Shown here piece after piece: positions 57,185-64,000 of a stretch of 64,000 nucleotides of DNA (position 1 is its first letter; each line of letters opens with the position of its first letter). Origin of the DNA: a virus (lineage: Duplodnaviria > Caudoviricetes); the IMG/VR virus record IMGVR_UViG_3300031994_000010, positions 32,001 through 96,000 of that record. One strand, given 5' to 3'. Both the position numbers and the translations under genes were made by a program. The notes under the pieces are model-generated. The model searched no databases. It had not been told where the DNA came from and saw only the letters and a list, made by a program, of their open reading frames with translations.

Positions 57185-57912
57185 AATCCAGTATGTCCAA
57201 ATCCACCACTACCTCTCTCAGTCTCATCTAAATCATCTACTTCTTCAAAATCTGCTTGATATACTCTTGCAAATACTCCTTGAGCTATCTTATCTCCAGG
57301 ATTTATAGTAAATGATTTGTCACTAGTATTAAATAAGATAATTCCTATATCACCACGATAACTACTGTCCACAGTGCCAGGGGTATTAAGTACTGTAATG
57401 CCATTTTTCAATGCTAAGCCACTTCTAGGTCTAACTTGAAGTTCAAATCCCTTTGGAATTGACATATGTAATCCAGTTGGAATAAGTTTTCTTTCTCCAG
57501 GTTGTAAAGTGACTGCTTCTTTAAGATAGGCTCTTAAATCTGCTCCAGAACTTCCAGAGTCAGCATAAGTAGGAAGTCTACAAGTCCCTAAATTTTGTAC
57601 TTTTACATTAATTTTTTGTTGAAGATGGTTTTCAACTTGTTTTATTACTTCAGTATTCTCCATATTATTAAAAAAGTGCCAATTAATAAAACTATCTATA
57701 GGGCTTTCTAAATTGTCTGCATAAAAACATTTAACAACTGTTCCTTTGTATTTTACACATATAAAAGGAGTCTTTTTAGTACCAAATTCATTTAGTAACG
57801 CCCATCCTTTTTTATGTCCATCTGAAGTATGTAAATTATAGATTTCTAAAAACAAATCAGGAAACTGAGAAATATCAATTTCCTGATTTGTTACTATGTA
57901 GCAATCATACAT
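57181..57912 (-). CDS. dut: Trimeric dUTPase with ~95-aa N-terminal extra domain
   Basis: GADL, RSGLA, GTVDSSYRG, KIAQ and RGSGGFGHTG motifs. Confidence 0.92.
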   Translation of the reverse strand: MYDCYIVTNQEIDISQFPDLFLEIYNLHTSDGHKKGWALLNEFGTKKTPFICVKYKGTVVKCFYADNLESPIDSFINWHFFNNMENTEVIKQVENHLQQKINVKVQNLGTCRLPTYADSGSSGADLRAYLKEAVTLQPGERKLIPTGLHMSIPKGFELQVRPRSGLALKNGITVLNTPGTVDSSYRGDIGIILFNTSDKSFTINPGDKIAQGVFARVYQADFEEVDDLDETERGSGGFGHTGL

Positions 57913-58273
57913 TATAAATATTATAATTGTTTATACGATCAACAAGATCACAATCTTCTTTTTCAAATAGTCTAGCTATTGCTTCAGTTTCAGATAAACC
58001 ATTATCATCTATCCAAGCCTCTTTATCAATATAGTCTCTCCATTCTCTTTGACAGCTAAATAGTTCGTCCTCAAAAAATTCATTATTTGCTTCCTTTTGA
58101 ATCTCCCTTACATCTGAGGCATCACAGATGTAATATTTTTCGGCATTAATAATAATTAAATCATTATCAATATCTATATTTACAACTGATGAATCGTCAT
58201 AACGACTTCCTATAAAAGATAATACTATAGGTCTAATTTCTTCATCTATATTATTCAATCCGTTAATTTGCAT
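57905..58273 (-). CDS. Hypothetical acidic protein
   Basis: Track ORF. Confidence 0.65.
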   Translation of the reverse strand: MQINGLNNIDEEIRPIVLSFIGSRYDDSSVVNIDIDNDLIIINAEKYYICDASDVREIQKEANNEFFEDELFSCQREWRDYIDKEAWIDDNGLSETEAIARLFEKEDCDLVDRINNYNIYNV

Positions 58274-58983
58274 AATTCATTTTCATTTAACATAAAACAA
58301 CTTTTTCCACAATCTAACATAGCAAAATTATCTGTGATAATCTCTTTTTTACAATAAGTATGTCCAAATATTTGATAATAAGGACTTAAGTACTTATTTT
58401 TAGTTTCTCCATGCTCTCTAACGTCTGCCCATATAATAGAACCTGTTCGATTTAGTCCTCCACGAAGATAACCTACCCAAAAGATTAAAGCAGAATGATT
58501 TTCTGACTCAAATAACTTATTACAGATTTCATTTATTGACGTTGTATCAAATGTCTTGGACATATTATCAAAGAAATCATTTGTAAATCCTGCATGGGTA
58601 AACAATAGTTTTTCTTGTTTAATACTATCACAGAAATTAGGCATTTCGAAGCATAATTGAAATAAATCTTTATTATCTTCAAAAAGTTGATGTATTATAT
58701 TATGATTTTTGTAGTCATGTCTACACCACCACTTTTCAGATTTATAGATTTCTTCATTATAGTATGGCCAATCGTGATTCCCGAGGAGCAAGATAACTTT
58801 ATCAGGAAATTTCTTTTTAAATTCAATTATTTCCTTAAAGTTTTCTATATCATGTTCATCAGTAGATTCATCTGGATAATGATCTAAGTAATCTCCTAAG
58901 AAAATAGCTAAATCATAGTCCTCAGTATAAACCTTTTTCCAAAAATCACGACCATGAACGTCTGGAATTATCAGTATATTCAT
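58255..58983 (-). CDS. Calcineurin-like metallophosphoesterase
   Basis: PDVHG, LGDYLD, GNHD, THAG and GHT motifs. Confidence 0.88.
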   Translation of the reverse strand: MNILIIPDVHGRDFWKKVYTEDYDLAIFLGDYLDHYPDESTDEHDIENFKEIIEFKKKFPDKVILLLGNHDWPYYNEEIYKSEKWWCRHDYKNHNIIHQLFEDNKDLFQLCFEMPNFCDSIKQEKLLFTHAGFTNDFFDNMSKTFDTTSINEICNKLFESENHSALIFWVGYLRGGLNRTGSIIWADVREHGETKNKYLSPYYQIFGHTYCKKEIITDNFAMLDCGKSCFMLNENELCKLTD

Positions 58984-59186
58984 TTTTCAAAGGGTTTAAA
59001 GGTTTTTAAAAACTCATTTAGTTCATCTAGGGCTTCTTGTGGAGTATCATATCCATAATGGGCTCCTACAGAACAATATCCGCCATTAATATCCCAATAC
59101 CATTTAAACACTCCTTCTTCTTCTAAATCGGAGTAATTTATAGAAATATCATACTGATATTCTTTAACTGCTTGATTTAGGTCCAT
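58980..59186 (-). CDS. Hypothetical protein
   Basis: Track ORF. Confidence 0.6.
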   Translation of the reverse strand: MDLNQAVKEYQYDISINYSDLEEEGVFKWYWDINGGYCSVGAHYGYDTPQEALDELNEFLKTFKPFEK

Positions 59187-59616
59187 AGTTCTTAATCATT
59201 ACTTTAATTTGTTTATTAGGAGTATTAAAAATATCTTTTGGTTTTCCTTCATTATCCATAGTAATTCCTATATTACAAAGAAGCTGTCCAAATCTTAAAT
59301 CTGGATGTTTTTTATGAAGTTCTAATAATAGATAAAGTATTTCTTCAAAAGAATCATCTTCAAAATCTTGATAGTTAATTCTTCTGCAAAAATCTTTAAG
59401 TATAGTCTCCATTTCTTTGAAATTATCAATACTCCAACTTTCAGTTTTAATGTTTAAAAAGTTAGCACAGCCATTATCTCTAGTAGAAATTGTTAAAGAC
59501 TGAACATTATCAGGACCTTCTGTACAATCACCATTTTGCACATAAGTAATTGAAGTGTCTGAAAGAAGAACTTCATTATCGTTAGGCCATCCTTCAGTTA
59601 TTATTTTCATAAACAT
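59164..59616 (-). CDS. Hypothetical protein (C-terminal HPDLRFGQLL motif)
   Basis: Track ORF. Confidence 0.65.
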   Translation of the reverse strand: MFMKIITEGWPNDNEVLLSDTSITYVQNGDCTEGPDNVQSLTISTRDNGCANFLNIKTESWSIDNFKEMETILKDFCRRINYQDFEDDSFEEILYLLLELHKKHPDLRFGQLLCNIGITMDNEGKPKDIFNTPNKQIKVMIKNYGPKSSS

Positions 59617-59752
59617 GAATATAATTAGAATTTACCATATAACATATCTCATCATAATTAAATCCTTTTTCCTCTAAAAAAGATTCTACATCATCTATAT
59701 CTCTATATATAAAAACGTCTCCAGATGAATAATCAAGGACTGCTATATCCAT
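59594..59752 (-). CDS. Small hypothetical protein (52 aa)
   Basis: Hand-translated MDIAVLDYSSG... Confidence 0.5.
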   Translation of the reverse strand: MDIAVLDYSSGDVFIYRDIDDVESFLEEKGFNYDEICYMVNSNYIHVYENNN

Positions 59753-59754
59753 AA

Positions 59755-59886
59755 TTATATAGTTATAGAATTTTTAAGTAACATAATGTCTATAGAATTC
59801 ATTGGATCTAAGTTTATATTAAGAGCTTTATATTTCTGAAACACTTTATTCTTCTTTTGAAGATTTTTTACTATCTTTGAGGACAT
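59755..59886 (-). CDS. Small hypothetical protein (43 aa)
   Basis: Hand-translated gap-filling ORF. Confidence 0.35.
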   Translation of the reverse strand: MSSKIVKNLQKKNKVFQKYKALNINLDPMNSIDIMLLKNSITI

Positions 59887-60073
59887 CAATACAAGTAGCT
59901 ATTATAATTAATATTATTAATAATACAAATACTACAAGTGGAATCCATAAAGGTGATAAAACCCACCACCAAGACCAATCTATATAGTGGGTAAGTTTTA
60001 ATCCAATAAATAACACCGTTAATAAAGATAAAAATACTCCATCTATATTAACCCTACTAATTTCATAACTCAT
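59846..60073 (-). CDS. Small membrane protein
   Basis: LFIGLKLTHYIDWSWWWVLSPLWIP with two TM segments. Confidence 0.75.
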   Translation of the reverse strand: MSYEISRVNIDGVFLSLLTVLFIGLKLTHYIDWSWWWVLSPLWIPLVVFVLLIILIIIATCIDVLKDSKKSSKEE

Positions 60074-60558
60074 TTTTTTCTAAATTTATAAGTTATATCA
60101 AGCCATCCACTTACTAACCTATGAGAAGTTTCTTCTATAAACATATCCTTACTATAAAGTTTTTGGTTACTATTAGGATTATCCAATCCTCCTTTTTCTT
60201 CAACATAAGGACCTATTTTAATATAGTCAAATGCTTCTAAATCATGATGGGGAAATACTGATTGCCCAGAATACCATCCTACTTTTAAATTAGGATATTT
60301 AGCTTTAACTAATTCTGCTAAAACTACTATAGTATCTGGTTCAGCATCTCCTCCCATAAAACATATACAAGAAACTCCAGGATTGCTGTCTATTAATTTA
60401 CTTAACTCTTCAAAAGTTAATTCTGTACCAATGTCTTGCCATAATTCTTTAGAATGACATCCGGGACAATGTATTGGACAATTAGATAAATTTATAGCTA
60501 AAGTAATTTCATCTGGAATTTCTCGAAAAACTACTTCTGCATTAGTGTATTTAATCAT
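60070..60558 (-). CDS. nrdG: Anaerobic ribonucleotide reductase activase
   Basis: CPIHCPGCHS radical-SAM motif and KIGPY...NQ; close to nrdD. Confidence 0.9.
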   Translation of the reverse strand: MIKYTNAEVVFREIPDEITLAINLSNCPIHCPGCHSKELWQDIGTELTFEELSKLIDSNPGVSCICFMGGDAEPDTIVVLAELVKAKYPNLKVGWYSGQSVFPHHDLEAFDYIKIGPYVEEKGGLDNPNSNQKLYSKDMFIEETSHRLVSGWLDITYKFRKK

Positions 60559-60763
60559 TTTCAGGAACTACTTTATAATTGCTATATTCTTTAATATAAT
60601 CAACACACATTTTCAGAATTTGATCATCATCCCATGTAAGAGCTCTCATACATCCAACAATTCCAGTCATTACATCTTCAGTAGTAACGTCTGGATAATC
60701 TAATTTAAAAGTAACTGTAGTATTATAGTTACTCATAGACATTTCAAAATGTTCGTCTTTCAT
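60551..60763 (-). CDS. Hypothetical protein
   Basis: Track ORF. Confidence 0.6.
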   Translation of the reverse strand: MKDEHFEMSMSNYNTTVTFKLDYPDVTTEDVMTGIVGCMRALTWDDDQILKMCVDYIKEYSNYKVVPEND

Positions 60764-60954
60764 TTTCTTATATATAATTTACAACAACATTTATCTTTCT
60801 CCCTATAATCTGAACAAGGACAGTGAAGATCTTCACAAGGTTCAGTATGAACACAAGGACAAAGACCATCATTTCTTTCTAACATTTTAGTTATTCCTTT
60901 TACTACTTTTTCATTAGGATTGAGCTACCAACCTTCTTTAATAAAATATTCCAT
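60760..60954 (-). CDS. Ferredoxin-thioredoxin reductase catalytic-subunit-like protein, 64 aa, one in-frame TAG
   Basis: MEYFIKEGW(TAG)LNPN...LCPC...HCPC...CCCKLY. Start overlaps the nrdD stop and stop overlaps the next ATG. Confidence 0.75.
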
Positions 60955-63110
60955 CAGTTTACCTCCTTACTATATACTCTAGTTTTTTGTTCAATTTGTC
61001 TGCCTTCTGACCAGTTATTAATCTTAGTTAAATATCCAATTATGCGATCCCATAGTGCTATTTTTTTGGTTTCCCCACACTTCGGACATACTTTAAATGG
61101 TTGTTTAGCAATAAATCCACAAGATTCACATTCACAGTTTGGAATATTGAAAGTAAAATATTGGCATCCTATTTCTGCTGCATATTTAAGAAGTTTATTA
61201 TACTGTTCTTTAGAAAGATGTTCTGATAAGTTTATATGGGCGGCTGCGCCTCCGTCTAAATAGTCTCCAATATATTCAGATCCATGTAATTTTAACTTCT
61301 CTAATACTGAGATACTTTTATCATTGGGTTTAAAGATATAAGAGGCATATAAATTAGTATCTTCTGGAATCCAGTATCCGTCTTGTTTATCCCAATTATA
61401 GTTTTTAATAGCTAAGGATTCTGCAGGCACACACTCAGTATTAAATGTTACTTTATGACCAAAAGCTTTACCATTATGGATTAAATTAAGTTCTTTTATA
61501 ATACCAAATATAGCTTGACAATAATCTCTATATTCTTTATTATCATTACACTTTATTCCAAGGTATTCTGCAGACTGATTTAAACCATTAATTCCAATAG
61601 TAAGATACTGTTTATTTAAATTAATAAATCCTGCTTTATAAACTGGAAGAAGACCAGCATCATACATATCCCATAAGCATTCATTATAAGCTATATGGTA
61701 ACGATACACTCTTTCAAGTATTGTTTGTAAATAAAGTCTTAAACTATCATATTGATTGCCAACTGTTGGAACTCCTCCAATGGATTTACACCAATCCTGA
61801 ACAATTCTATTAAGATTTAAAGTAATTACAGACTTTGAGCCAGTTTCTACTCCCATATTACCATTAGTGAAGTTAAATTCTTTAGTGGTTACTTTATTTT
61901 TTAATCGACAGCATGAACTCAAGCTATCAGCAGTATCTGATATATAGGTAAAGAAACTATGTCCTTCAGCATACTCTTCTGCTACAAAGTCAGCCATATC
62001 TGAGTCTAAGAAGTGCCCATTTTGATAGATTAATGCTACTGACTCCACGGGAAAGGTAATTATAGTACGTAAACGTTCTTTATTAAACCATTTCATAAAG
62101 TATTTCTGTAACCAACATAAAGAATCCCATTTAGGTGTGGTCATATCTGGAAAAACAAAGTTACCAAACATGGCATCAAAGAAAGGTTTATCAAAATAAG
62201 AAAAGTTTACGAACGCAGCTTGCATTCCACGGGCAGCTGCTGGCTGATTAATAGAGTATATTACTTGTTGAAAGTATTGTTGTATCTGACTTCCTATAGT
62301 TTTATGTCGTACACAATTAGGAGTAGTTATTTCAATGTCAGATTTCTGATAATAGTTATCCCCCCATTCTTTTCTTGCAAAATAGTCAAAATAAAGTAAA
62401 AATTCTGAAGTTGCAACGGCTCCTGCAAATTGTCCTGCAATAGCAAATATAAGATTTACATACATTCCACAGAATGAATCTAAATTTTTTGGTTTTGCAG
62501 ATAGTCCTCCTAATTCTTTTATACCATTTTGTAAAAAAGGATACATACTTATACTACAACAATAAGGTGCTATAGCTCCCATAAAACTAGATTCATCATG
62601 TTTATAAATAATATGATGATTTAAATCACTTTCATATTGTTTAGAGTTAAAATCAGGATACAACTCCTTAAGTTTATCAGTAATCATTCCCCTATTTACC
62701 AATATATTTTCTTCTTTATGCCCTTCGGCATTAAGAATACCAATATTCTTTCCTGCTACATTAGAATTATCATCTATAGTTGCATTGGCAGTATTAGAGG
62801 ATTCTTTATATTTTCTTATAAAACTTTTCTTTGATTCAACAAGTTTTCGAGCTTGTTCATGTTTGTATCTATAAATAAGATAAGAATCAGCTACTTCATC
62901 ATATCCAAAATCACGTAATGTTTCAATTACTTCGTCTTGAATATCTTCAACTGTTATATCTTCCCAGATTTTTATAGAATCGATTATCTCTTCATATACA
63001 GTTTCATCTACTGAATATCCAACAGAATTAAAGGCAGCAGAAATCGCTGCCTTTATTTTCTCTGGATTAAACTCTTCTTTTTGTCCATTTCTTTTAACAA
63101 TTTCAATCAT
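60954..63110 (-). CDS. nrdD: Anaerobic ribonucleoside-triphosphate reductase (class III) with ATP cone
   Basis: N-terminal ATP cone, SCCRL, PAE, CxxC...CxxC and RIIGYL glycyl-radical loop. Confidence 0.95.
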   Translation of the reverse strand: MIEIVKRNGQKEEFNPEKIKAAISAAFNSVGYSVDETVYEEIIDSIKIWEDITVEDIQDEVIETLRDFGYDEVADSYLIYRYKHEQARKLVESKKSFIRKYKESSNTANATIDDNSNVAGKNIGILNAEGHKEENILVNRGMITDKLKELYPDFNSKQYESDLNHHIIYKHDESSFMGAIAPYCCSISMYPFLQNGIKELGGLSAKPKNLDSFCGMYVNLIFAIAGQFAGAVATSEFLLYFDYFARKEWGDNYYQKSDIEITTPNCVRHKTIGSQIQQYFQQVIYSINQPAAARGMQAAFVNFSYFDKPFFDAMFGNFVFPDMTTPKWDSLCWLQKYFMKWFNKERLRTIITFPVESVALIYQNGHFLDSDMADFVAEEYAEGHSFFTYISDTADSLSSCCRLKNKVTTKEFNFTNGNMGVETGSKSVITLNLNRIVQDWCKSIGGVPTVGNQYDSLRLYLQTILERVYRYHIAYNECLWDMYDAGLLPVYKAGFINLNKQYLTIGINGLNQSAEYLGIKCNDNKEYRDYCQAIFGIIKELNLIHNGKAFGHKVTFNTECVPAESLAIKNYNWDKQDGYWIPEDTNLYASYIFKPNDKSISVLEKLKLHGSEYIGDYLDGGAAAHINLSEHLSKEQYNKLLKYAAEIGCQYFTFNIPNCECESCGFIAKQPFKVCPKCGETKKIALWDRIIGYLTKINNWSEGRQIEQKTRVYSKEVN

Positions 63111-63172
63111 ATTTATTTATTTTTAAAGGTTAAAAGTAAACTTAATAATTATTTAGAGATAACCCAAATCTA
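63111..63172 (-). promoter_or_regulatory. Putative Bacteroidota-type promoter and leader of nrdD
   Basis: Minus strand reads TAGATTTG-N20-TAAGTTTA (TTTG...TAnnTTTG-like), then TTAACCTTTAAA 11 nt before the ATG. Confidence 0.45.
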
Positions 63173-63176
63173 ATTT

Positions 63177-63941
63177 TTAAAAGATAATGTCTTTAAGAAG
63201 TAAACATTTTTCTGCTTTATTCATAATATCCTTATCCTTATCATTAGATATAATATCAGTAAAAGCGTTATAAATGTTAAATAAGCTCGTATTCTCTCCT
63301 TGGTGTACATAATAATCAGACTCACTATTTACAAATAAAAGTTTATAAGCATCAATTGCAGTAGATACTGCAAGTTTCACTTTACCAAACCCATTACTAA
63401 AAGAATTGTCTAAACATCTTCTTACCCACATTCCCAGAGATTCATTAATATTTTGTTCACTTCTTTCAAAAGAAGTGTTATAAAGAGTATTTAACCATAC
63501 TTTTAGTTCAGATGCTTTATTAATTAAAGTATCTATAGGACTATAATTAAGTGCTGCTTCTGGATATATCTCTTGACATTCTAAGAAAGATGGGTTAAAT
63601 ACACAAAGATTACAACAAGCCATATTAACTCCACCTCTATAGAATTTAGCAATAGGCTTACGAACATCTAATCCCATTACCATACCTATTACCTCCTGAT
63701 GATTATCAATAATATAGTCGTCAGGAAGAATTCCCTGAATCCAAACTCTATTATAAGTTAAATCCTCAGTTCCTTCATTAGTAGTAATTTGATCTGGAGT
63801 TTCTACTTTTACAATAAACTTATCAGTTACTCTAGAAACTCTATCTAAAAATGGTTCTACATAAGCTCTAGTAGGAAAATACTCATTCTTTTTAATACGA
63901 GTAGCTTTTCCTTTAAGTAATTCATCAATCGTTATTTCCAT
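63177..63941 (-). CDS. Conserved phage protein (DUF932/DUF945-like)
   Basis: Start taken at MEITIDELL; ACCNL and SLFNIYNAFT motifs. Confidence 0.65.
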   Translation of the reverse strand: MEITIDELLKGKATRIKKNEYFPTRAYVEPFLDRVSRVTDKFIVKVETPDQITTNEGTEDLTYNRVWIQGILPDDYIIDNHQEVIGMVMGLDVRKPIAKFYRGGVNMACCNLCVFNPSFLECQEIYPEAALNYSPIDTLINKASELKVWLNTLYNTSFERSEQNINESLGMWVRRCLDNSFSNGFGKVKLAVSTAIDAYKLLFVNSESDYYVHQGENTSLFNIYNAFTDIISNDKDKDIMNKAEKCLLLKDIIF

Positions 63942-64000
63942 TATCGTCAAGCTCCTCTATAGTTGTAGGTTTAGGTTTTTTTTGAAGATTAGCATTATTA
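63925..64000 (-). CDS. 3' end of an upstream gene (partial)
   Basis: Open frame NNANLQKKPKPTTIEELDDNGNND ends in TGA and overlaps the next start. Confidence 0.5.
   Translation of the reverse strand, partial: NNANLQKKPKPTTIEELDDNGNND

Noticed and set aside
36467-62834. Plus-strand track ORFs in the - arm (36467, 37351, 46182, 54855, 55519, 58687, 61042, 62637) and the nested 39678-39890 ORF
   Set aside because: They overlap well-supported genes and are best explained as shadow or alternate-frame ORFs.
1-64000. tRNA genes (including an amber suppressor), introns or integrase
   Set aside because: Intergenic gaps are short, no cloverleaf or T-loop consensus was seen by eye, and polA, nrdD and the RNAP appear uninterrupted. 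They may lie outside the window.

Overview
AT-rich (roughly 30% GC) segment of a crAss-like (Crassvirales) bacteriophage, probably infecting a Bacteroidota host. It has two convergent arms meeting at a bidirectional terminator (~35817-35857). The + arm (42-35805) carries late/virion genes and uses genetic code 15 (TAG=Gln), which is why the standard ORF track shatters it. With TAG read through, it resolves into a few tightly coupled giant genes: 440-5431, 5428-7344, 7344-16142 (SF1 helicase domain), 16155-26882 (virion RNA polymerase, GSDFDVDK), 26879-27940 (HExxH zincin) and 27933-32777 (PD-(D/E)xK nuclease domain). A holin-like gene and a tail-fibre/LRR cassette follow. The - arm (35856-64000) is almost code-neutral and encodes replication and metabolism genes: PolA, DNA ligase, NrdD/NrdG, ThyX, dUTPase, PNK and RNA ligase, a Bacteroidota-type sigma70, three metallophosphoesterases, and a complete PncA-PncB-NadD-NadE NAD+ salvage pathway with a Nudix hydrolase. 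Most notable: (1) the four-enzyme deamidating NAD+ regeneration cluster, a candidate anti-defence pathway distinct from NARP1/NARP2; (2) matched terminal cysteines at all three junctions of the helicase/RNAP/zincin/nuclease genes, a candidate head-to-tail disulfide chain; (3) one TAG-containing redox gene between nrdD and nrdG. Long-gene boundaries were read by hand; their interiors were checked by frame consistency and spot translation, not exhaustively. No database searches were run.
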